Source: Candidatus Omnitrophota bacterium
Lineage (GTDB): Bacteria > Omnitrophota > Gorgyraeia > Zapsychrales > Fredricksoniimonadaceae
Assembly (NCBI GenBank): GCA_030650275.1
Contig: JAUSEK010000011.1
Span: forward strand, 9,890-73,889
Direction of reading: 5' to 3'
Length of the DNA stretch: 64,000 nucleotides
Of the stretch, positions 12,041-22,152 are shown piece after piece. The first letter of the stretch is position 1; each line of letters opens with the position of its first letter. The notes beneath the pieces are model-generated. The model saw nothing but the letters and a program-made list of their open reading frames with translations, did not search any database and was not told the DNA's origin. The position numbers and the translations under genes are program-made.

Positions 12041-13303
12041 ATGCCAGCCATTAAACCATTCACAGCGGTCTATTACAATCCCCAGAAGGTCGCGAACCTG
12101 TCTGACGTGGTTTGCCCGCCCTATGACGTCATTTCCCCCCAACAGCAGGACGACCTGTATGAACAAAGCCCCTACAATTTCATCCGGCTTGAGCTGACCA
12201 AGGAAAATCCCAAGGACGAGGAAAAGACCAAATACGGCCGCGCCAAGAAAACGTATGACGAATGGCTGCAAAAAGGCATCCTCATTGAGGACGGGCGGCC
12301 GGCGATCTATTTTTATAAGCAGGACTACAAATATCAGGGGCAGAAATACACCCGGATGGGTTTCATCGCGCTCATGCGCATCGCCGAGGATGCCGGCACG
12401 AAGATCCTGCCCCATGAGAATACCCATGCCGCGGCCAAGACCGACCGGTTCATGCTCTGGAGCGCGCTCAAGTCCAATTTGAGTTCCATTTTTGTTTGTT
12501 TCGCGGACAGGATGAACAGAGTGGAAAAGATCTTTATCAAGGACGTCGCGCCCACCAAACCCCTGATGGAGGCCGTGGATGCCGACAAGGTCAGGCATAC
12601 CATATGGCGCTTGGACGATCCTGCCGGGGTCAGCCAGATCATGGACGTCCTGGAAGGACAGGACCTGTTCATCGCCGACGGGCATCACCGTTTTGAGGTG
12701 GCCAATCAGATCCGCGGCGAGGTCCTGCAGAAAAGGTCCAGCGCGGCGGCCAGGGAGCCCTACAATTACGCGATGACGTATTTTACAAATCTTGATTCCA
12801 AAGACCTTCAGATCTTTCCCATCCACCGCGTCATCCGTAAGTTCCCGGAGAACCAGGGGTCCCTGGAACAATATTTCCGCATTGACAAGATCAGGAGCAT
12901 CAGCGATCTGACCGTGCTTTTGGCGCGCGCCGGACAGAATGAGCACGCCTTCGGCATGGTGGACAAGAACGGCATACGGCTGTTGCGTTTGAAGAACAAA
13001 ATGCTCATCGACACCATGGTCAAGGAAGGGTCCAGGGATTACCGCAATCTGGACTCCGCCATCCTCAAGGCCTTTGTCCTTGACCCGGCAGGGGTGGCCG
13101 GCGAAGATATTGTCTATTCCAAAGACCAGCAGGAAGTCCTGGCCATGGTGGAGGGGGGGCAGGCCGAAGCAGGTTTTATTTTAAATTCTGTGCCCATCGG
13201 GCAATTGAAGGCCATCGCGCTCAACGGCGAGAAAATGCCGCCTAAAACGACCTATTTTTATCCCAAGGTTTTATCCGGTTTAACGGTATATAAAATAGAA
13301 TAA
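12041..13303 (+). CDS. DUF1015 family protein
   Basis: PPYDVIS, PHENT, IADGHHR, MPPKTTYFYPK. Confidence 0.9.
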   Translation: MPAIKPFTAVYYNPQKVANLSDVVCPPYDVISPQQQDDLYEQSPYNFIRLELTKENPKDEEKTKYGRAKKTYDEWLQKGILIEDGRPAIYFYKQDYKYQGQKYTRMGFIALMRIAEDAGTKILPHENTHAAAKTDRFMLWSALKSNLSSIFVCFADRMNRVEKIFIKDVAPTKPLMEAVDADKVRHTIWRLDDPAGVSQIMDVLEGQDLFIADGHHRFEVANQIRGEVLQKRSSAAAREPYNYAMTYFTNLDSKDLQIFPIHRVIRKFPENQGSLEQYFRIDKIRSISDLTVLLARAGQNEHAFGMVDKNGIRLLRLKNKMLIDTMVKEGSRDYRNLDSAILKAFVLDPAGVAGEDIVYSKDQQEVLAMVEGGQAEAGFILNSVPIGQLKAIALNGEKMPPKTTYFYPKVLSGLTVYKIE

Positions 13304-13309
13304 ATTTCC

Positions 13310-14152
13310 ATGTCCTTATTCGGCAAATCCAATTACACGTTCATCAAGGTCAAGCGCAAGGACATTCCTTTGGGTGTCTGGACCAAATGCCCGGGGTGCG
13401 AGGCGCCGGCGTATTCCAAGGAACTCAAGAACAATTTGAACGTCTGTCCCAAATGCGGATATCATCTGGGGTTGACCGCGGATGAGCGCGTCGGGCATTT
13501 GACCGACGAGGGCTCATTTGCCGCGCATGACGAGGGGATGACCTCCGTCGATCCTCTGGATTTCAAAGGCCCCAAGACCTATAAAGAAAAATTGAAGGCG
13601 GACCAGGAAGCCACGGGAATGGCGGATGCCGTTATCACCGGCCATTGCCTGATCGAAGGCCGCAAGGCCATGCTGGCGGTTACGGACTCCCGGTTCATCA
13701 TGGGGTCCATGGGGTCGGTGGTCGGCGAGAAGATCGCCCGCGCCGTCGAATACGCCACCGGCAACGGACTTCCCCTGATCATCGTTTCGGGTTCCGGAGG
13801 CGGGGCGCGCATGTACGAAGGGGCGTTGTCGCTCATGCAGATGGCCAAGACCTGTGCTACGCTGGAGCGCCACCGCCGGGCGGGGCTTTTGTATGTTTCC
13901 GTTCTGACCAACCCGACGATGGGCGGCATCATGGCCTCGTTCGCCGGGGTGGGCGACGTCATCATCGCCGAGCCCGAGGCGCTGATCGGTTTCGCGGGGC
14001 CGCGCGTCGTCGAGCAGACCATACGCCAGAAGCTCCCCGCCGGTTTCCAGCGTTCCGAATTTCTGCTGGCGCACGGGCTGATCGACATGATCGTTGAGCG
14101 TCAGGACCTGAAAGGTGTTTTGGCGCGCACCATTGATTATTGCCTGAATTAA
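13310..14152 (+). CDS. accD: Acetyl-CoA carboxylase carboxyltransferase beta subunit
   Basis: W.KCP.C...CPKC Zn finger, GSMGSVVGEK, GGARM.EG.LSLMQMAK, GFAGPRV. Confidence 0.96.
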   Translation: MSLFGKSNYTFIKVKRKDIPLGVWTKCPGCEAPAYSKELKNNLNVCPKCGYHLGLTADERVGHLTDEGSFAAHDEGMTSVDPLDFKGPKTYKEKLKADQEATGMADAVITGHCLIEGRKAMLAVTDSRFIMGSMGSVVGEKIARAVEYATGNGLPLIIVSGSGGGARMYEGALSLMQMAKTCATLERHRRAGLLYVSVLTNPTMGGIMASFAGVGDVIIAEPEALIGFAGPRVVEQTIRQKLPAGFQRSEFLLAHGLIDMIVERQDLKGVLARTIDYCLN

Positions 14153-14171
14153 TAAAGGGGAAGCAAAAACC

Positions 14172-15275
14172 ATGGCCCAAATCCGGCTGGTCAATTTGTG
14201 CAAGAATTATAAAAACGGTGTTGCGGCCGTCGATCATATCAGCCTGGAGATCGGGGACAAGGAATTTTTGGTCCTCGTCGGGCCTTCCGGCTGCGGCAAG
14301 TCCACCACCTTGCGCATGATCGCGGGGCTGGAGGACATCACCTCCGGCGAGATCTGGATCAATGACCGCATGGTCAATGACGTGCCGGCCAAAGACCGCA
14401 ACATCGCGATGGTGTTCCAGAATTACGCGCTCTATCCGCACATGTCGGTTTTCGAGAACATGGCGTTCGGGTTGACGCTGCGCGGGTATCCCAAGGCGGA
14501 GATCGTCAAACGCGTGCACGAAGCCGCGGAGATCCTGGGGATAGGCCCCTACCTCGAGCGCCGGCCGCGGGAACTTTCCGGCGGCGAACGCCAGCGCGTG
14601 GCCCTGGGCAGGGCCATTGTGCGCAAACCCCTTGTGTTCCTGTTCGATGAGCCCTTGAGCAATCTGGACGCCAAGATGCGCGTGCAGATGCGCACCGAGA
14701 TCCACAAACTGCGCATGCGCCTGCAGACCACCTTCATTTACGTCACCCATGACCAGACGGAAGCCATGACCATGGGGGACCGCATCGTCGTCATGAAACA
14801 AGGCCTTGTCCAGCAATGCGCGGATCCCATGAGCATTTACGACAAGCCCGCCAATAAGTTCGTGGCCTCGTTCATCGGCTCTCCGCCCATCAACATGCTG
14901 CAGGGCAAGATCGTCAAACGGGACAGGAAATTATTCTTTGATGAGGGCAAATGCCAGGTCAGGATCATGGATGAGATGGCCCCCAGGATGGGCGCGTACG
15001 AGGGCAAGGACGTGGTCCTGGGGATCCGCTCGGAAGATATTTACGATAAACTTTTCGCGTCGGAGGCCTCGCCGGAAAATACGGTGCGCGCCATCTGCGA
15101 GGTGGTCGAACCGCTGGGGTCGGAGGTCTACCTGTATCTGAATTCGGGCAAGCACAATTTTATTGCCCGCGTCGGCGCCCATGACCGGCCGCAGATCAAC
15201 CGGGACATGGACCTCGTGTTCGACATGAGCAAGGTGCACTTTTTTGATCGCGAAACCGAAGAAACCATTATTTAA
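14172..15275 (+). CDS. MalK/UgpC-type sugar ABC transporter ATP-binding protein
   Basis: GPSGCGKST, LSGGERQR, LFDEPLSNLD, YVTHDQ, C-terminal TOBE region. Confidence 0.95.
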   Translation: MAQIRLVNLCKNYKNGVAAVDHISLEIGDKEFLVLVGPSGCGKSTTLRMIAGLEDITSGEIWINDRMVNDVPAKDRNIAMVFQNYALYPHMSVFENMAFGLTLRGYPKAEIVKRVHEAAEILGIGPYLERRPRELSGGERQRVALGRAIVRKPLVFLFDEPLSNLDAKMRVQMRTEIHKLRMRLQTTFIYVTHDQTEAMTMGDRIVVMKQGLVQQCADPMSIYDKPANKFVASFIGSPPINMLQGKIVKRDRKLFFDEGKCQVRIMDEMAPRMGAYEGKDVVLGIRSEDIYDKLFASEASPENTVRAICEVVEPLGSEVYLYLNSGKHNFIARVGAHDRPQINRDMDLVFDMSKVHFFDRETEETII

Positions 15276-16539
15276 TCTGTACGCGTTGGTTGCCGCCAGT
15301 TTTCTTTTGCCTCTGGTCGGCTTTTTTGTTTACGCCACGCGCAACCCCGCGGCGTTCTTGTTTTTGGCGCTTGCCCTCGCCGTCAATATTGTCCTTCTGG
15401 TCTCCTTCCACCGCCGCCTGCAAAAGAAACAATCGGTCATCGTCCTGCAGAAAGAGGAGTATTTTGAAAAAGCCAATCTGCTCAAAGGCGAACTGGAAAG
15501 GGAAGCGCAGACCATTGAATCTTTCCACCGCAAGATCGTCAGTTATTCCCAGCTCAAAGACCTGACCGAAAAACTAAGCCTGTGCCTTAACCTGGAAGAG
15601 GCCTCCGGCACCCTTTCGTTTGAGGTGAACAAACTTTTTGGGGACAAGGACGTTACGGTCATTTTGTACCTTTTTCATTCCTCGACGGGAGAATTGGGCA
15701 TATCCTCCTCGCAAAAGGGGCAGATGCAGGTCAGCCTGAAAGCGAAAAAGGGCGACCTGTTCGACCAGTGGGTGGTCAAGACCCTGAACCCTTTGCTGGT
15801 TGAGGATGCCAGGAGCGATTTTCGTTTCGACATCGAAAAGATCATCGGCGAGGATGGCCGGCCCATCCGTTCTTTGATCAGCGCGCCGATGCTGGTGGGG
15901 GACAAGACGCTGGGGATATTGCGGGTGGACAGCACCCTGGCGCAGTATTTTACCACCGATGACCTGCGTTTCTTGAGGACCATCGCGGATCTGACCAGTG
16001 TGGCCATCGAGAACGCCCAACTGTACCAGAAGATCGAGGAGATGGCCATCCGCGACGGGCTGACCGGGCTCTACCTGCGCCGGCACATGATGGAGCGTTT
16101 GAACGAAGAGGTCAGCCGTGAATTGCGCCGGGGCAGGGAGTTGTGTTTTCTTATGATCGACCTCGACCGGTTCAAACAATATAACGACACCTTCGGGCAC
16201 ACCGCCGGCGACATCGTGCTTCGGAGTGTGGCCGGTATTTTGACCGGGCATTTCAGCCGGCCCGGGAACCTGGTGTGCCGTTACGGGGGTGAAGAATTTT
16301 GCGTGCTGCTGCCCGACTGTCCCAAGGCCAAGGCCGTTGAACTGGCCGATGAGATCCGGACAAAGATCCAGGAACGCGAGATCGTGCTGCGCCGCCAAAA
16401 AACCCATGTCACCGTGTCCGTCGGGGTGGCCTCATTCCCCAGGGACGCGAAAGCCAAGGAAGACCTTATTTATAAGGCCGACGAAGCGCTGTATAAGGCC
16501 AAGGAGGGCGGGCGCAACAAAGTTGTTCCCGCGTCGTAA
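15244..16539 (+). CDS. Membrane GAF-GGDEF diguanylate cyclase (start uncertain, TTG)
   Basis: Two TM helices, GAF (ENAQLY), DGLTGLY, DLDRFK, RYGGEEF. Confidence 0.9.
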   Translation: MIAKPKKPLFNLYALVAASFLLPLVGFFVYATRNPAAFLFLALALAVNIVLLVSFHRRLQKKQSVIVLQKEEYFEKANLLKGELEREAQTIESFHRKIVSYSQLKDLTEKLSLCLNLEEASGTLSFEVNKLFGDKDVTVILYLFHSSTGELGISSSQKGQMQVSLKAKKGDLFDQWVVKTLNPLLVEDARSDFRFDIEKIIGEDGRPIRSLISAPMLVGDKTLGILRVDSTLAQYFTTDDLRFLRTIADLTSVAIENAQLYQKIEEMAIRDGLTGLYLRRHMMERLNEEVSRELRRGRELCFLMIDLDRFKQYNDTFGHTAGDIVLRSVAGILTGHFSRPGNLVCRYGGEEFCVLLPDCPKAKAVELADEIRTKIQEREIVLRRQKTHVTVSVGVASFPRDAKAKEDLIYKADEALYKAKEGGRNKVVPAS

Positions 16540-16542
16540 CCG

Positions 16543-17580
16543 ATGGTTTATGTCCTGATCATTTTAACGGTCATTTTTGTCGCCGTGGTCTTTTTCTTAG
16601 TCAAGGTGATCGTGCTCCAGATGGAGCAGGCCTCTGACCAGGATGTTTTGCGTTCCAAAGAAACGTATCAGAAGATCATCGACCGGCAAGCCAGGGTCCT
16701 GGCTGAAAAGGCGCGTCTGGAGCGTGAGGCCGCCCAGATATTCACCCTTTATGAAATGACTAAGGAGATCAACCGACATTTTAACGAGCAGGAGGCCTTC
16801 AACATTTTCAAACGCCGGTTGCGGGAGAACATCACCATCGGGGACTGCCAGCTCGTCGACAATTTAGGCGAGGGGAGTGAAGCCCCGCAAGGGGCGCCCG
16901 GCGACCAGACGGTCTTTGTCCTTAAAAGCAGGGAGAAAAAACTCGGATTTTTGGTTGCTCAGGGTGTTGCCCCCAAGGACAAGGAGAAATTCGCCATCCT
17001 CGCCCACCAGTTCGCGCTGGCCTACCAGCGCATCAAACTCTACAAGGACATCGAGACCCTGGCCATCACCGACGGCCTGACCGCGGTCAGCACGCGCCGG
17101 TATTTCCTGGAACGCTTTGATGAGGAGATCAAGCGCGCGCAGGCGCGCAAGATCAAAATGTCCTTCCTCATGCTGGACGTGGACCATTTCAAGACGATCA
17201 ATGACCGGCACGGCCATCTGACCGGCGATGCGGTGCTCAAGGAGATCGGCGTCATCATCAAGGAAAACATCCGCGAGATCGACATTGCCGGCCGTTACGG
17301 CGGGGAGGAATTCTGCGTTGTCCTGCCGGACACCGACCTGGAGGGGGCCAGGGTCGTGGCCGAACGTATCCGCAAGGCCGCTGAAACGCGGATCATCAAG
17401 GCCTATGACGCCGTCCTTAGCATCACCGTCAGCATCGGCGTTTCCACCTATCCCTCTGACGGAGATCTCCCTGAGGAACTCATCGACAAGGCCGACTGGT
17501 CGCTGTACCGCGCCAAATCCCAGGGCCGCAATTGTGTGGTGGCGTTCGGTATGTATCATCCTCCCGATCCCGCTTCTTGA
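16543..17580 (+). CDS. Membrane-anchored GGDEF diguanylate cyclase
   Basis: One TM helix, DGLT, DVDHFK, REID..GRYGGEEF (RxxD I-site). Confidence 0.92.
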   Translation: MVYVLIILTVIFVAVVFFLVKVIVLQMEQASDQDVLRSKETYQKIIDRQARVLAEKARLEREAAQIFTLYEMTKEINRHFNEQEAFNIFKRRLRENITIGDCQLVDNLGEGSEAPQGAPGDQTVFVLKSREKKLGFLVAQGVAPKDKEKFAILAHQFALAYQRIKLYKDIETLAITDGLTAVSTRRYFLERFDEEIKRAQARKIKMSFLMLDVDHFKTINDRHGHLTGDAVLKEIGVIIKENIREIDIAGRYGGEEFCVVLPDTDLEGARVVAERIRKAAETRIIKAYDAVLSITVSIGVSTYPSDGDLPEELIDKADWSLYRAKSQGRNCVVAFGMYHPPDPAS

Positions 17581-17686
17581 TATTTAGCGGTATTTGTTGA
17601 ACCAACCTTTCTTTTCGGGTAAAATAATCCCGATTCCAGTCAGCTATTAGTATTATTATATTTTTATTCTTCTTTCCATCTCCTCA

Positions 17687-18631
17687 ATGAAGGATGTCAT
17701 GAAGAAGTATGTGGTCGGTGTGGATGTCGGCGGCACCAATATAAAGCTTGGTATTGTCCATCCCCGCGGGAAAGTCATTGCCCGAAACTGTTTTGCCACA
17801 AGGCCTTTTGCTTCAAGTAAGATCCGTCTGATCAATGCTTTGGCCGGCGCGGTCCTTGATATCATCGTTCGGGCCGGGTTAACAAAAAAAGACATTGCCG
17901 GCATCGGTGTCGGCTTGCCCGGCCTCATTGACCATGCCGCGGGTGTGGTGCGTTTTTTGCCCAATATCCCCGGCTGGCGCCATGTGCGTTTGCGCGCCAT
18001 CCTCGCCCAAAAAACCGGCCTGCCTGTCGTTGTTGACAATGACGTGAAACTCATTACGCTGGCCGAATGGAAATTCGGCGCGGGCAAGGGCGCCGCCAAT
18101 ATGATGTGCATTACGCTCGGCACCGGTGTTGGGGCGGGGCTGATCCTGAACAATGCCCTTTATCGCGGGGAAGGCAATGCCGCCGGAGAGCTAGGCCATG
18201 TGCCGCTCAACGAACTTGGGCCTGACTGCAATTGCGGGGGATGGGGATGTTTCGAGACCTATGTCGGCAACCGCCGTCTGACGGCCCGCGCGAACCGGAT
18301 CATGAACGCCAATGGTATGACCCTGGAGCGCATGTATGCTTTGGCCAAAGCAGGCAACCGCAAAGCCCTGCGGTTCTGGCATGAAACGGCCGAGCATCTG
18401 GGCAATGGTTTGACCGGCGCGGTCAACCTTTTGAATCCGCGGCTCATTGTCATCGGCGGTGGGGTTTCCAATAACCATCAATTCCTTTTTCCGACGATCA
18501 AGGCGGTGATCCGCCAACGGGCCATGGCGACACAGGCGGCCATGGCGCACATCACGCGGGCACAATTAGGGGACGATGCCGGCATCATCGGCGCGCAGGT
18601 TTTGGTCCTGGCCAATCATGAGCATGCGTAA
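17687..18631 (+). CDS. ROK family sugar kinase (glucokinase-like)
   Basis: GVDVGGT, DND, TLGTGVG.G, GELGH, C.CG..GC.E. Confidence 0.93.
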   Translation: MKDVMKKYVVGVDVGGTNIKLGIVHPRGKVIARNCFATRPFASSKIRLINALAGAVLDIIVRAGLTKKDIAGIGVGLPGLIDHAAGVVRFLPNIPGWRHVRLRAILAQKTGLPVVVDNDVKLITLAEWKFGAGKGAANMMCITLGTGVGAGLILNNALYRGEGNAAGELGHVPLNELGPDCNCGGWGCFETYVGNRRLTARANRIMNANGMTLERMYALAKAGNRKALRFWHETAEHLGNGLTGAVNLLNPRLIVIGGGVSNNHQFLFPTIKAVIRQRAMATQAAMAHITRAQLGDDAGIIGAQVLVLANHEHA

Positions 18632-20819
18632 ACGACAAATACTGGGATCGCTGGGGACGATGATCGTACTGGGGGCCTTTTTTCCATGCCTGGTCCTGGC
18701 CGCAGATCCTTTTGCCGCCCCCGCGAGTGGCGGCACGTCCGGGGACGCAAAATCCGGGGATATGCTCAATTTTAAGCTCAATAAAACCAAATCCGTAGAA
18801 CTGCAGGCCGACCAGGTGCAGTATTCCGTCGTTGACAGCAAGGCGCAGGCCCGCGGCAATGTCGTTGTCACCGCTGACCAGACCATCCTGACCTGTGATG
18901 AATTGGAACTGGACCGCATCCTCAATGTGGGCGTGGCTAAGGGGCATGTGTACATTGATTCGCCCCAGTCGCAGGTGGATGCCGACGAGGGAACGTTTAA
19001 TTTTAATAACCAGAGCGGGTTTTTCAAGAATGCCCGTATCTACCAGTTCCCCTATCAGATCAAGGGCAAGGTCGTTGACAGGATGTCCCCGGAACATGTC
19101 GTCATGAGCAGGGGATATATCACCACCTCCGACCACGACGACCCGTTTTTCCGGATCGCTTCCAGGAAGATCGACGTGTATCCGGGGGACAAAGCCGTTG
19201 CCCGCGATGTGAAAGTGTATCTGGGCAAGGTGCCTGTCATGTATTGGCCCAAATATACGCAGGACCTGAAAGACAAGCCGTGGATCACGTTCATGCCGGG
19301 TAAGACCAAGGACTTCGGGTTTTTTGTCCTGACGACCATCCGCCAGCGCATCAATGACAATGCCAAATTGACCATTCACGTGGATTACAGGGAGAGAAGG
19401 GACCTGGCGTCCGGATTTGATTATCAATACCAGACGCCCCATCATGGCGGCGGTGTCATCAAGACGTATTACATGCTTGAACGTCCCATCACATCCAAAC
19501 ACCTGTGGAAACCGCGCCCTTCTCCGACTCCGGAACACGAGCGGTATAAGGTGGAGTGGCGTCACAAATGGAACCCGGATGACAAAACGGACATTTTAGT
19601 GCAATATTTCAGGGTCAGGGACGCCACGTTCCTGAAAGAATATTTTGAACGCCAGTACCGGCAGGATCCCAGCATTGACACGTATTTTTTGCTCACCCGT
19701 ATCCTGCCCAAGGGGACGCTGACGTTTCGCATCGACGCCAGCCGCGTTAACCGTTTTGCCCGCGGCGTGGAGAGATTGCCTGAGATCAAATATGAGTTGA
19801 GCGACACGGAAATAGGAGACACCGGATTTTACGCGCGGACGGCCAACACGTTCTCTAATCTGACCAAGAAGGAAGCTGAACCGGAAAGCCATAAAAAGAC
19901 CATACGATTTGATACCAACAATCAGATCTCTTATCCGATGAAAATATCTTTTGTTGAGCTCAGGCCTTACGTCGGCCAGCAGAATACTTATTACAGCCGC
20001 ACGGCCAACCTGGCGCAGCGCAACATCATCCGCGGGCAGTTCCTGACCGGCACGGATGCCAGCACCAAATTCTATCGGACGTGGAACGTCAAAAAGAATG
20101 CGTGGGGCATTGAGATCAACGGCCTGCGCCACATCGTGACCCCGACGGCAGCGTATCTTTACAAGCACCGTCCGACATTTTCATCGTCGCATTTGAACGC
20201 TTTTGACGCCATTGATTCCCTGGCAAACGCGCATAAGATCGCCCTGGGCCTTGAGAACAAATTGCAGACCAAACGCCAAGGCGTCAGCGTGGATCTGCTG
20301 CGCACCCTGGTCAGCAGCGATTTTGCCCTGAAGGAAAATCCATCCAAAGGCGGGTTCGGCCCCGTCAATTCGGACGTTGAGTTCAAACCCGCCGACTGGC
20401 TGGAATTCAAGGGCGATGCCTCATATGACCATTACAATGACCGCGCCGACTCTGTGAACCTTGAAACTTATATCAATGGCAAGGACCAATGGAATTTCGG
20501 GATCGGCCGCCGGTGGAACCGCGGCGGGGACGACCAGATCACGACCGAATGGAATTACAAGATCAATCCCAAATGGAGATTTAAGGTCTACGACCGTTTT
20601 ACGGTCAATCACGGGGGCTTAAGAGAAGAGGATTATATTCTGACCCGCGATCTGCACGACTGGGAAGTGAGCCTGGAATATCACCAGGAACACGGCGGCG
20701 GGACAGACATTTTACTCTCGTTCACTTTAAAAGCATTCCCGGACATGGGTTTGGACCTGTTCAGTACCGGCTTTAACAGGCGTAAGGCCGGCTCACAACA
20801 TGAAGCAGAAAGACAATAG
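18618..20819 (+). CDS. lptD: LPS-assembly protein LptD-like
   Basis: Signal peptide, OstA-like beta-jellyroll (LQADQVQY..ARGNV), PVMYWP, beta-barrel-like C-terminus (RDLHDWE); heads the LPS cluster. Confidence 0.8.
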   Translation: MSMRKRQILGSLGTMIVLGAFFPCLVLAADPFAAPASGGTSGDAKSGDMLNFKLNKTKSVELQADQVQYSVVDSKAQARGNVVVTADQTILTCDELELDRILNVGVAKGHVYIDSPQSQVDADEGTFNFNNQSGFFKNARIYQFPYQIKGKVVDRMSPEHVVMSRGYITTSDHDDPFFRIASRKIDVYPGDKAVARDVKVYLGKVPVMYWPKYTQDLKDKPWITFMPGKTKDFGFFVLTTIRQRINDNAKLTIHVDYRERRDLASGFDYQYQTPHHGGGVIKTYYMLERPITSKHLWKPRPSPTPEHERYKVEWRHKWNPDDKTDILVQYFRVRDATFLKEYFERQYRQDPSIDTYFLLTRILPKGTLTFRIDASRVNRFARGVERLPEIKYELSDTEIGDTGFYARTANTFSNLTKKEAEPESHKKTIRFDTNNQISYPMKISFVELRPYVGQQNTYYSRTANLAQRNIIRGQFLTGTDASTKFYRTWNVKKNAWGIEINGLRHIVTPTAAYLYKHRPTFSSSHLNAFDAIDSLANAHKIALGLENKLQTKRQGVSVDLLRTLVSSDFALKENPSKGGFGPVNSDVEFKPADWLEFKGDASYDHYNDRADSVNLETYINGKDQWNFGIGRRWNRGGDDQITTEWNYKINPKWRFKVYDRFTVNHGGLREEDYILTRDLHDWEVSLEYHQEHGGGTDILLSFTLKAFPDMGLDLFSTGFNRRKAGSQHEAERQ

Positions 20820-20829
20820 GAGCATTTAG

Positions 20830-22152
20830 ATGAACATTGCGATCATCGGTTCGGGATACGTGGGTCTGGTCACGGGCGTGTGCCTGGCGCATATCGGCCA
20901 TCACGTGATCTGCGTTGACAGTAATCCGGAAAAGATCAAGAAATTGAAAAAAGGCGGGATCCCCATTTACGAGCCGGGCCTTGATGCGATCATGCGCGAT
21001 TGCGTCAGGAAAAAACGGTTGTCTTTTTCCGGGTCCATCAAGGACGCGGCCAGGAAGGCCACGGTCATCTTCATTGCCGTCGGCACTCCTTCCAAATCCA
21101 CCGGCGACGCGGACCTGGTCTATGTTGAAAATGTGGCCCGCCAGATCGCCGAGAACATGGATTCTTACCGGCTGATCGTTGAGAAATCCACGGTCCCGGC
21201 GGAAACCGGCAACAAGATCCGCCGCACCATTGAGTTGAATTTGCCCAAGAAATTCCGCAAAGGCAGTCAGGTGCTTCTGGATTTTGACGTGGCATCCAAT
21301 CCGGAGTTCCTCAAAGAGGGTTCGGCCGTGCATGATTTCATGAACCCCGACCGTCTGGTGTTCGGCGTTGAATCCAAAAAAGCCGAGAAGATCCTGCGGG
21401 AGATCTATCAACCGTTAAAAACAAAGGTCCTCGTCACCAATATCGCTTCCGCCGAGATGATCAAACACGCGTCCAATTCATTTCTGGCGATGAAGATCTC
21501 CTTCATCAACGCGGTCAGCCAGATCTGTACGCGGGTGGGAGCGGACGTCCTCAATGTCGCCGAAGGCATGGGTCTGGACAAGCGCATCGGCCGGGCGTTC
21601 CTGGATGCCGGTGTCGGCTACGGCGGCAGCTGCTTCCCTAAGGACGTGGACGCGTTCATTCACCTGGGCGAAAAAAGCGGATATGATTTCCGTCTCTTGA
21701 AGGAAGTGCGCCGGGTCAATGAAGAACAGCGCCAGGCCTTTGTCCATCTGGTGGAGGACAAATTGTGGAACTTGAAAGAGAAAACCATCGGCGTGTGGGG
21801 GCTGGCATTCAAGCCCAACACCGACGATATGCGCAATGCCGCTTCGGTTGAGATCATCCAGAAACTCCAGCATGAGGGCGCGAAGATCAAGGCCTATGAT
21901 CCCAAGGCCATGGCCAATGCCGCGCACGTGCTGCGCGGTGTCGCGCTGTGCGCAAGCCCCTACGCGGCTGTGGAGGATTGCGACTGCCTGCTTTTGCTGA
22001 CGGAGTGGGATGAGTTCAAGGATGTTGACCTTGAGGCCGTGCGGGACGCCATGCGCCAGCCCGTTATTTTTGACGGCCGCAATTTTCTTGACGGGAAGAA
22101 ACTTAAAAGCTTGGGATTTGACTATTACGGCGTCGGCCGGGGGAAAGCATGA
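20830..22152 (+). CDS. ugd: UDP-glucose 6-dehydrogenase
   Basis: GSGYVG, VGTP, KSTVP, SNPEFLKEG, GYGGSCFPKD, FKPNTDD.R. Confidence 0.95.
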   Translation: MNIAIIGSGYVGLVTGVCLAHIGHHVICVDSNPEKIKKLKKGGIPIYEPGLDAIMRDCVRKKRLSFSGSIKDAARKATVIFIAVGTPSKSTGDADLVYVENVARQIAENMDSYRLIVEKSTVPAETGNKIRRTIELNLPKKFRKGSQVLLDFDVASNPEFLKEGSAVHDFMNPDRLVFGVESKKAEKILREIYQPLKTKVLVTNIASAEMIKHASNSFLAMKISFINAVSQICTRVGADVLNVAEGMGLDKRIGRAFLDAGVGYGGSCFPKDVDAFIHLGEKSGYDFRLLKEVRRVNEEQRQAFVHLVEDKLWNLKEKTIGVWGLAFKPNTDDMRNAASVEIIQKLQHEGAKIKAYDPKAMANAAHVLRGVALCASPYAAVEDCDCLLLLTEWDEFKDVDLEAVRDAMRQPVIFDGRNFLDGKKLKSLGFDYYGVGRGKA

